A stretch of DNA of 62,368 nt, the filler included, from Choristocarpus tenellus KU-1152 (taxonomy: Eukaryota; Protista; Phaeophyceae): NCBI GenBank assembly GCA_964200185.2. It is 9 parts of 9 records of this genome, joined end to end, with 100 filler letters (N's around TTAATTAATTAA, not from the genome) between each part and the next. Parts side by side here need not be neighbours in the genome. Positions count along the whole stretch, not along the records: positions 52,368 to 59,365 come from CAXNAD020006897.1; positions 59,466 to 62,368 come from CAXNAD020023776.1; 7 more parts are not named here. One strand, written 5' to 3'. Position 1 is the stretch's first letter. The number at the start of each line of letters is the position of its first letter. Under the pieces are notes generated by a model. The model worked only from the letters and a program-made list of their open reading frames with translations. It did not search any database and was not told the DNA's origin. Of this stretch, positions 52,268-62,368 are shown piece by piece. The position numbers and the translations under genes are program-made.

Positions 52268-52367
52268 NNNNNNNNNNNNNNNNNNNNNNNNNNNNNNNNN
52301 NNNNNNNNNNNTTAATTAATTAANNNNNNNNNNNNNNNNNNNNNNNNNNNNNNNNNNNNNNNNNNNN
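52268..52367. other. Artificial contig spacer
   Basis: 44N-TTAATTAATTAA-44N. Confidence 0.98.
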
Positions 52368-53337
52368 GTGCAGCCACGAGGTGTAGAGGAAGGGGGGCTG
52401 TGAAGCAGGCTAATTGCCGAGGAGGGTACTGCCTTGAGAAAACAGCAGAGAATTCCTTTGATAGGATGAAACCCACACCCATATGAATTGCTGCGATATA
52501 GATCCTAGGTGGACTACTGGTTTCAGATAAATGCGTCAAGAGTGATCAGAAGAAGGTGTTGCAAGGCGTGACACCTTGCTGGTGGTCTATATGGAGCATG
52601 ACTGATTGCATTCTTTTCCTAAGAGGAATTCAAAATATATATATATATATTTTTAATGTAAGGAAAGAGACAATGAGAAATATACAATTTTCAGGAGGCA
52701 ATAAGTGTTGAGTGTGCATGTGCCCAGATCTTCTTGGGCTGCCTTACCTGGTACTTTATGATGACGAAGTCAGCTATTACAACCTCTCTAGTATGTCATC
52801 CTTCCAAAAAGTTCTATGTTCCATCAACCACACATTCGTACCATTTTTGACTTATCCTCTTATTCCATCCCTCAACCATTATCTCCAACTTTTGGAGGTT
52901 ATCTTGCAGGAACATCTACCAGTTAGTCCCCTGTCCACCGTGCTTCCGCTTTCCATTTGCAAGTTACCTGACACCAACGCCTATAGGAGTCGCCAATCCC
53001 CCGAACGTTCAACTAACCTGGCGAAGAGGAACACGAGTCGGTTCGATATGGTCAAACACAGTCTTCACAAGAGACACCTTTGCCGGACAGTGTGTGATCG
53101 GTGGGTTGGTTCCCTGCTGCTATTTTTGACGCAAGAAGGAAATGTTGATGTTGAGAGCGAATGTTCACACTACTAATACCTCTATTGTGAGAGGTACAGA
53201 CAACACTTCCACATTGTTGATGGTTACGCACAACCCATACAATTTTTCCCATCTTCTCGCGCGGACAAGATGTAATAATATAGCGCGATTGGCGAGCCGT
53301 AATGATGAGTTGGGTGGTTATCATAATCATACTTACT
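52368..53337 (-). other. Probable spliced transcription unit divergent from LLPH; reading frame unresolved (in-frame UGA candidate)
   Basis: Series of good minus-strand donors (gtaagt 53336, gtatta 53179, gttagt 53017, gtaact 52967, gtaagg 52747) and acceptors (53253, NAGNAG ~53114-53120, 52788, 52505). Confidence 0.4.
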
Positions 53338-53507
53338 AGAGAACCTTGTTCACTGAGGTGATTTGGACAAGGGAGGGGTGTATCTGTAGTCTTTGCTAGG
53401 GTAGTCTGTGGCGATCCGTAAAGGGGTGGGTTTACTGTATTTGACGACTTACTAAATCTGGCGAGGAGATAAACGTTCAAGGTCAAGGGTCTGAAGACTG
53501 AGGAACT

Positions 53508-56500
53508 ATGGCAAAGAGCATTAGATCCAAGGTGAAAAAGCGCAACAGGACGGAAATGCGTAGAACTGTGGGTGATCCGTACGCGAAGAAACTGCAGGCC
53601 AAATGTACATCCAAGATCCAGAAGGCTATCGCCTTCAAGGAAGGTTAGTCGAGGGTCAGAGCCGAACCTTTCGTTGAAGTGGAAGTCACCTTAATTGCCC
53701 CCACCTCCGTCTGTCTCTGCTATCAACCCTTGGGCTTTACTCTTTCCACTGAGTTGGTCCTCACTGTGGTGAAGGATTCTCCTTTCTCTGGCCTTGGCGT
53801 GAGAGGCGGAATATCTTCGTTCGAATTGAGCCCCATCACTCGCATTCACCATCCTGACTTGAGCAACTTACCTAGTGACGGGCAAGGAGCCTGCAGCCTC
53901 TTGATGATTAAACCTCACCGATGACATATCTGAAGTCTCCACTTCAATCCTGTAGGAATCGTTGTGTGGATATTTAGTGTGCAGTCAAGGAGGCGACTTG
54001 AGCATTGATGGGCCGTTCTGTGCGGATGCAGATTATGTATTTTAGGGGAGTGAGGGCCAGGGGGAAGGGGTGTGTGTGTATGACATTCTTGCATCAAGTA
54101 CATATTTAAATATCATGTCAATCTGGAAGAAAACGTCCCATGGAGTACATAAGTCGGCAACCAAACTTCCCTATGCCGTCAGTCTCGGTCTGACTACGCG
54201 TGCGAACAACTGGAGGAAAGACAAAGTTCACCTTTCATTCGAATGTTAAACCTTGTACAATATATCCTACATGCAGTGGTATCTCAATGCATCCAATTTG
54301 ACAATTTCTTAATGACTATCAAAGGTGCAGGCATTACCAAACTCAAGTCGATTCTCACTTCAGCTCAGGAGAGCAATCCCCCAGTGAGAGATAGCTCCAA
54401 GCATGGGTTTGTGCATCGTAACCCAGATCTCCCTGAAGGGGTTGCTGCAAGGGTAAGAAATAAGATGGAACAAGAGATAATAGAGAAGAAGGAATGGATA
54501 ATATTCATTGCTCATTTGTCGTGTGTAAGTTTGTTGTGCTGAAGCAGAAGATTAGTGTGTGTGGGGAGTATGTTTTGTGATTGGTTGGCAGAACTTCATG
54601 ACCCTGTAATGTATGCCTTACTGTGATGTAGAGCACTTTCAAAAATAGTCTCACACCATCCTACTGCGCACCAAACACCGATTTACCCTTGCCAATCCTC
54701 AAACTTACCTCCCCTCCCCCCATTTCAAATATGTATTAGTGTGTTTTTGGTGTTTTTGATAATTTCGCCCTATTTTTCAAATTGATGAATGTGTAGCATT
54801 TTGATCTATTTGGTCTGTTGCTGTAAGGGCTGTTTTTGTGGGAGAGGGGAGCATGGGGAGGATAATGGCACTCATTACATTTTGCAGGATAGCCTTCATT
54901 TGTATGAATGTGACGTAACATCTGTGTTCCAGGTTGATAGCTTTGTGTTTTTCTTATTTTCCTTTAATATAGGGCAAGTAACCACTACTTTGAACCTGAC
55001 TAGACCCAACCTGTGGTCAGAGTCACTAACCTCTTCACTACTTCCCATTAACTTGGGCTAACTATTGATCTGCAACTGTCCTAGTGCAGTATTTTCCTTT
55101 ACCACAGTGAAGTCTTGCTTTTCCAAATGCCTTCTTGTGGTTTAGTGACAGATAAGAGGGGCAGTTTACTGTTTTGTTGTGCTTGTGGTATGTTCCATCA
55201 AAGACAAGATCTTTCCTCAACAGGGTTCAAATTAATGTTCCAATGAAAGAGACTTATAGAATATAATGGAGCTACAAGGACACTCATAGGCTGCCATGAG
55301 TGTAGCACCGTATAACTCGTTACATGAAACCAAATGCTGTGTTGGTGGAGGTAATAATCACATGTATTTTGCAATATGGACACTCATCAGTGTGCTTACC
55401 TGCGATTCATTGGTGTAGAGAATAAGATAAAGAGCAAGCAATTATTTCAGTATGACATGCTAAGATTATTTTGCAGACTAGATGGGAGTTCCGCCCTCCC
55501 CCCTGGTATCATACCGATATGTTCACCCAAAAATGCACATTTTGTATCACCTTGCTTGCATAGGACACAACTGGTGAGGATGCTGTACCAACTGAAGAAA
55601 TAGGGGTTTGGGGAGGGGGAGGGGGAGTAGCTGCCTCTACAGCTTTCAAGGGGTGTCCGAGGTCTCGCTCACGGAGCATATCGGACTTGGATGCATATGC
55701 GGCTGATGAAGACACAGCCATGGATGAGGAGGAAAGGGGATTGACAACTGCTGTGGCAGGGGCTGGGGTGGTGGGAGGGGGGAGCAAGGGGAAGCTTTTC
55801 AATAATGATGCAGGGGAGGTGAGAATGAAACTTTTAATCCTACATCTCAATGTCTAGGCTAATCATGCGAGCTCTGCTGGAATAGAGACATGAAAACCAG
55901 TGGAGGAAAAGGTGTTGCACTTATTTAGATGTGACATGACTTGCGTGGCCTATGTGGGCTATTCTTTTAACCTTTAGTTATACCCATGTTCAACTATATA
56001 TCTTACAAGTACTTTGTTTACGGAGGTTGTATTCCTCTCATGGTTATTGACCTCTAATGGCTATTGATTTATTTTTGTCTTTCCACGGAAGAAATCACAT
56101 TTGTAGCATGCATGTAAAGAGATGTCACTACAATGTATATGTCATCTTTTGAACGTTGGGGCAGAGGGAGGAGGGAATCGGTCGTTGTTTCGGGATGTGT
56201 GTGTGGGGTGAGGAAAGGGTGGACTTGAGAGTAGAGTTGTTGGGTGGGGATATGTATTCTAATATTATAGGGTTTTGCTGTGGGAAAGGAAGTTTGAAGT
56301 CGGGAAATACACCTCTTTTCCCACAAGATTTACTTCGTTGTTCATAGTCTGCAAGGACTGTGGCCTACAACCCACAACCTCCACTGCAGTCCACCCGAGT
56401 AGAGGGTATGGTCTAGGCATTCCCTATTTAGTTGTAGATTTAACATTATGCCTGCCTAGAAATTTTTTTGACCAGGCTGGAGACCTGTGAAACCAGGGTT

Positions 56501-57356
56501 TTGGTGCACCACAATTATAGTCTATGATGCCTATTCATAGTGGAAACCTTCGTGGTTCCAAATTTTGTACTTCTTGTATGACAGTAACCAATATTTTGCA
56601 CCCTGTCAAGAAAGGCCTTTGATGGCACATCATGACTGGTGGTAATACTGCGCATGGGATTGTGATTTATGAAGGAGATAGTAGAACTACTGTACTATGC
56701 TATTATTATAGAACAATATTGGAGGTTCCAAAAAATTGACTGGCAATCAAACAGTCCTTTGGACTTGCAAATGAGCTCTATAGTCAGTGTGGGTAAGTGG
56801 GTAGGGTATTGGTGAGGAGGTTTGGAGGTTACAGTTGTTGGTTGCTGAAGGTGGGTGCTAGAGGTGTCAGCTGGTATGAGTAGAGCAGTGGTTGCTTTGA
56901 GATGTCACAAGCCCTCTTGATGTGCTTTCACTAGAGTATTTTCTTTGCTAGTGTTAGCTTTTCTCTTTGCACCCATCATTCAGTACTCCATTGCTCAGCT
57001 TCTGTGTATGTGTGCCGTGAACCGGGAAGGTATTTTTATATTTGCCTCCCTGTTTTGTCTCTGCCTGTTTGATCGCTGCTAATTGTTGTATGTTGCTTTT
57101 CTGTTATTCTTTCCTTCAACCTTGCATGTATGCCTAAACTACCTACATACTACTTTCCCCTCTAATGTTCATTTTCATGTAGGGTAGAGATGCTTGTCTG
57201 TACACAGATCGCCCCCCTTCCCCATCTACTGGCAGCAAAATCCTGACTGCTCTGAAGCTTACCCTTCCACCCTCTTAACCCTACTCCTATTCCTAGGTAA
57301 AGAAGAAAAATCAGCGCAAGAATGGTAGGCGAAAAGCTCTCGTGGAGTTCACCTGA
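53508..57356 (+). CDS. LLPH: LLPH-like (LLP homolog / DUF2423-type) basic nucleolar protein; exons 53508-53643, 54325-54452, 55564-55818, 57297-57356
   Basis: N-terminus MAKSIRSKVKKRNRTEMR matches the conserved MAKSLRSK motif. Introns are GT-AG and phase-consistent. Basic C-terminus VKKKNQRKNGRRKALVEFT*. Confidence 0.7.
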
Positions 57357-58499
57357 GTGAGCATAATGATATTGGCATAGTGGGAGGGTGCAGTGTATGT
57401 ATGAAGTTCCTGTGACTATTAGACTACTGGTAGAGTTGTAGGCAGAGAAAAGAGAATAACTCGACCATTGGTATTCTGGTTTTTTGCCTGTGATCCTTTT
57501 CTGAATTATATCATGTGGTGGTGTGCATAAGTTGAAGGTGCTATCATGCTTGATCTTATCGTGAAGGTGCAAATTACTTACTGCCTATATATTGTTGGGG
57601 TTTTATATTATGTGACGTGGGGTAGAGAAGTAGTGTCAATTGTTGAGGAGGTGTGGCTGAACCCTGAAATAGCCGTTGATGTTTTCTTGATCTCTTGTAC
57701 CAGTGGTGTCTCTTGCCTCAAGTAGGATGAACTTACCTTTTATGGTGAAGACGATACTCTGTTGGTCTTCCGGTACAACTAGAAAGTTGATTTTTATTAT
57801 ATTTATATTGATCAGTGTCTTCGGAAGATGTGTGTGTGTGCTTAGTCGTGCTCTGCTGACTTTAGCCTTTGAGTGTACACAGTATTCTGACAATTATACC
57901 TACTATGCTATGCAATCATGGTTCATCCATTATTCACCCGGGATGTCAATGCTGTTAGGGCTTCGAATTTTTTGCTATGGGGGAGGAATTGGTCATTCTT
58001 TGGTTTGAGCACATGGTGTGGGTTATGTACTATCTGCTCTGGGCTATGTCTCTTATGAGGGACCCTTTGCATGGACTGAGAACCCCAGCCCACGATGATT
58101 CTGGAAGTGAAATACTGACTGAAGAAGAGGATTTAATTTGTTTTGGGAGTTTTAACTCTGCATCTAGCATTTGTAGTGTTGTGAATCAAAAACATTTACG
58201 AGCGGAAGTCGAACTGGCTCTAAGAAAATTTTGATGCACTCAATTTATTGGAACCATCCTCGAGGTGTGCAGGACAAGACTGCGGTTACCTTTTTCATCT
58301 CTTCATTTGCATGCTCTATCCCCCCTACAAGATATCAGAGGAAGGCGTAATGGAATGAGATTCGTTATATTTATTCATCATTTGTTCTGAATGCATGCAT
58401 GTTTTATTTCTTCGCGTATGTATGTGTGGTTGGTTATACGTTGCTGATACATTGTTCAGGTGGTATCCTTCTGTTGACTTTTTCTTGGCAGTCTCCCAT

Positions 58500-59220
58500 G
58501 AATCCGCCTTCATCCAGCTTAGGTGTTGCAAAGGAAGGCAAGGAGCTGCACGTAGCCTGGATCCAGACTAGTCTGTTTATGAGGTCACAATATTCCCAGC
58601 TGTTGATAACATGTGCTCTGAATCTGGTTGTGTAGTAGGAGGAATGGGCAAAATGTGGAAGGCAAGTTTAGATAGGCGCTGAAAACTTGAGGTCCTTTCC
58701 TGGCATCACTTGAGCAAGGAGTTGTTGTAAGCCTCACTGTACATACAAATAATTGGGAGACCTCCTGTAACCTTGAAGTCCTTACCCTTAGCTCGTTCTC
58801 CTTCCATGTCCTTCGAGACTGTTCCAATACTGTATCGCCACCTGTCTTTTATGGGAGGGTTGTGCCTGTTCAAGTTGGGCAGTATGCGGATTTGGGCTTG
58901 GTTCCACCACAGAACTATTGTTTGCCTTCTGTTCCCTGTCCTCCTCCATACGTCTTAATACTGATTCTCTGGAATCTCATAAAGGATTTTGGTTGTTTGA
59001 GCTAGGTAGTCCGGACCTGCTTCCACTTCATTATCCCCATGGACTTCCTGTTCTAACCCTCAGAGTTAAGGGCAATATTCCACCCTGTACCACTGTGGTC
59101 CACGAAATCAAATAATATCGTGCTTGGGCACTGGCATTATCTATTTTCTTGTATAAGCCTTGTCAAGGGTGATAGCTTTGAAGGCACTGCAGTCTGGCAC
59201 TGCTTTCTTGAGTTCTGCTC
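58500..59220 (-). mobile_element. Possible decayed RT/RNase H remnant (DIRS/Ngaro-like)
   Basis: RTWKENELRV...SD...SAYLN...PGYVQLLAFL loosely follows DIRS RNase H motif order; many stops. Confidence 0.3.
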
Positions 59221-59365
59221 ATACATCATAGATAGTGTGGAATAACAGAGAGACCTGTCATGTATGTGTCACCCTCAAGAGCCGCGTGTGCTTCCATGAT
59301 GGACTCAAGTACCATTTTACTATTAATATTAGACCCATCATGTGAGATCCAAAGTGTCTGGGGGG

Positions 59366-59465
59366 NNNNNNNNNNNNNNNNNNNNNNNNNNNNNNNNNNN
59401 NNNNNNNNNTTAATTAATTAANNNNNNNNNNNNNNNNNNNNNNNNNNNNNNNNNNNNNNNNNNNN
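59366..59465. other. Artificial contig spacer (preceded by a MITE B end at 59346-59365)
   Basis: 44N-TTAATTAATTAA-44N. Confidence 0.98.
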
Positions 59466-59912
59466 ACCCCTGTATACCCCTCCCCACCCCCCCCCCCAAA
59501 AAAAAATACATGCTACATGTGGGTGGTATGATCTGTCACATTTCCTGTTCATAGATCTATCACACAAAAACGTACACATCGCCTTCCATATTCCCAAAAG
59601 GAAATTTAACACTCAACTCTGGTATTCCACTCATCGCGAAGGCGTGTCTGGAGAAATTTAGCACTCTTGCAAATAATAACAATAATAATAATAATATATA
59701 ATAGTAACCCTAATGATGATAATAATAATAATAATAATAATAATACACACAATGAAAGAAAGCCCAGAACCCTTCAAAACACTCACAGTACCTCAATAAA
59801 ATCAGGAATAATAAAGTACCAAGAGCTTCGGACACTTCACAAGGCAATCAAAAAAGGCGCAGCACCAGAACTTCCAATTTCAGATCAGAGTGATACTCCT
59901 GACCCACACTTC

Positions 59913-60047
59913 TCAAACTGTACAAGCACTCTTATCTAGTAACACCCTCCTCCATGTCCTGCTTGCTCTCTCAACACAATCCTTCATTATCGCAATTTTT
60001 TTTAATGCGGCTATCCATCCGATTGACCTTGAAAAATAATAATAATA

Positions 60048-60078
<31 letters not shown>

Positions 60079-62238
60079 AATATAATATTAAAGTCCAAAA
60101 TCTTGCTGATCATCATCAAACATTTGAGCCATGCCTTTCATTCACAAACACAAAACCAACAAAGTACACATCGGAATGAGAGTCATGAGACAACTCAAAA
60201 ATACACACACCTTCCACTTCACACTAAATACACACTTAGAAATATTCCCCCCACCCTTCCCCCCCAAACTCCCCCCACTCCCCCCTACCCCCCACCAATA
60301 CCTGCTGCGATAACCCCTCATTGTCTCTCCTAGCTCCATTTCCACCTCCATGGCCATCCCTGCTACTGCTAGACACACCAACCCTTCGAGCAGCTTCCGC
60401 CGCCGCCATTACAGCACCCCCGATGTCTGCCATGCCTCCAACACCAACAGTCATGCCGCTCAAGCCCATGCCCCTCATCTCCATGCCTGTTGCCCTGACA
60501 TCTCTGTTTCTATCCTGCGTGTTTGCCTGCATTCAAAGTTACGTGCCGCGAAGGCATCAATTTATATATTATTTTTTTATTTTTAGATTTTTATTTGCAG
60601 TATTATTTTTTTTATCTCAGAGGGGGGGGGGGGTTTCCCTACTATTTTGAAATTTACTCTCTGCTTTTTTAGAAGGGTTCGTATTTTTATTCAATTTTTA
60701 AATATACATTTCTTTTTTTTCTTTTTTTTGGAGGGGGGATGCATGAGCAATCAAATCGTGTATTCTTTACTTCATCCGGTACTTTCATTTTTTTTATGTC
60801 AAATAAAATAAATTCAGAGACAATTTTTTGTTATTTTTTTAACATCACACAATCAATCAATACCTGCGAATACATACAGACATCATCCAGTGCCCTATAA
60901 ATCTTAAGATATATATATATTTTTTTTTAACAGAACAAATACAATACTCTTCTTTACGGTGGGATCGTCGTAATCACAAGAAAAAATAAAAATAAAAAAT
61001 AGAATTAGTAATATTTTCAAGAAAATACTTTAAATTTGTTTTAGTCATTTTGAGTATAAAATATATTAATACTTGACAAAATTATGTTTTAAAAAAATAT
61101 TTATCAAAGATTAAATACGATTCGAGGTATTTATAATAGTAATAATAATAATAAGTGTATTAATAATCTCAGATATGGAGCTGGATTCGAATTCATTTGG
61201 ACATGTTCTTGTTGCCCATTCTTTACCTATCAAAAAAAAAGTAGTTTCATCGTTCCCATGCGGAACAAATGTTAAACAAAAAAAGAAACACAGATGCATC
61301 ATCAAAAACCAAAAACAGCCAGCCAGGGAGGGAGGGAGGGAGGGAGAGGGAGGGAGAAGAAAACTACTCAACTGATTTACCTTGAGAAGAGTCAACAGAA
61401 GTCTCTTTCCAACCTTAATCTCTTGTACCTGACACAATCACTTTTCTCACACAACCCATCACCTTCATTTCAGATTTCACTCTTTCCACATTCTTTTCAT
61501 TTTTTTTGGGGGGGGAGGGGATTTTCGGGAAAAAAATGTAACGTACCTCCAAAAAAAAATCACGCCTCCCTGAAACAAATTTCCAATCGAGAGAACCATA
61601 ATCCTGTATCCAAGACCATCGACAGGGCCATTGTTTCATCCATCAAAAACTCTTAACTACTCTTTGACAGATATCGACTCTCACCACAGCCGTTCAAATT
61701 GCGATTTCCGCGAGCCAAGCCACACCACAGTTTCAACGCACATCAAAAAACAAAAAAATATGCCAAAAAAAAATTGATCTGAATTACGCTATGTAGACGT
61801 TTCTCAAAAAAAGAACATTTAACTCTCTCATCAACTTGCCAACAAAAGAACATTTAACCATTTCAAACAAGCAACAATATCTACAACTAGGGCATAAAAA
61901 AAAAATCCTAAAAAAATATTCGGGCTGCCGATTTCCAAGCATCGGAAAGTAGGTTACATCTTATGCCACCGATAAACACACAAGAGACATACACGCACAC
62001 ACACACACACACACACACACCAGTTTCTTAGACACTCCCTGGTCACGTCTTCGTACCAACACTTGATAATTCTATTTATTTTGGTATACTCACAAACACA
62101 ACAAAAACAAAAACAAGAACAAAAAAAAGGATAAAACATGCTCACAAGTTGAGAATCTATAAAGATGCGGCTCTTATCTATCACCTCCTCAGCAGCTGGG
62201 TCCTCCTGGTCATCAGAGACATTTTCGTCAAAGTCTCG
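59913..62238 (-). CDS. 3' portion of an uncharacterised multi-exon gene; supported exons 62238-62146, 61428-61381, 60902-60864, 60526-60302, terminal ~60027-59913 (additional small exons likely)
   Basis: Phase-0 AG/GT-bounded exons RDFDENVSDDQEDPAAEEVIDKSRIFIDSQL, VQEIKVGKRLLLTLLK, IYRALDDVCMYSQ and ANTQDRNR...GLSQQ within AT-rich introns. The final junction needs an extra exon to restore phase. Confidence 0.55.
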
Positions 62239-62368
62239 CTGGGAATGGGAAAGCAGAAATCCCACCACACCCACACCATTCAGAAAAAAAAAAAGCAGAA
62301 AGTATCACAATTCGTGTGTGGGGGGCGGGGACGGGGGCAAGGGCGGGGGGGGGGGGGGGGGGGGGGGG

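Noticed and set aside
15277-59465. Recurrent TTAATTAATTAA flanked by N, and ORFs ending in X...LIN
   Set aside because: Artificial six-frame-stop linker. Adjacency of genes across spacers has no biological meaning, so no cross-contig gene cluster is claimed.
60864-60895. Apparent in-frame TGA (GTG*CLYVFA) in a small exon
   Set aside because: An acceptor 7 nt upstream (ttaag|, exon start 60902) gives the open phase-0 exon IYRALDDVCMYSQ, so no recoding is needed.

Overview
This is eukaryotic, intron-rich DNA, not a contiguous locus. Nine short contigs are joined by an artificial 100-bp spacer (44 N + TTAATTAATTAA + 44 N), and there is one 10-N gap. Gene content (tubular-mastigoneme EGF protein, an Ectocarpus-type transcription-factor-like protein), many introns and TTAGGG repeats point to a stramenopile, most likely a brown alga (inference). 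Manual splicing with GT-AG and phase consistency gives these genes: a Sfi1-repeat centrin-binding protein (3' part), a SET-domain Rubisco-LSMT/SETD3-type methyltransferase (3' part), a complete uncharacterised 4-exon gene head-to-head with a DNAJB12/14-like gene, a Zn-cluster-TF-like gene, a Spinster-type MFS transporter, a mastigoneme protein, an LLPH-like gene, and three poorly resolved gene fragments. Introns and intergenic DNA hold a dead DD39D mariner, two related MITE families (one with GAG...CTC ends and 4-bp TSDs, Sola2-like), a 250-bp-TIR foldback element with possible captured cargo, and RTE, CRE, copia-like and DIRS-like remnants. The most unusual signal is at least 8 interstitial (TTAGGG)2-3 insertions. 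Comparison of MITE copies indicates one arose after the element inserted, suggesting telomerase-templated repair. A second, weaker lead is a spliced unit divergent from LLPH with an in-frame UGA (possible selenoprotein). Family assignments are from motif recall, not database searches. No prokaryote-type system (CRISPR, defence locus) is present.
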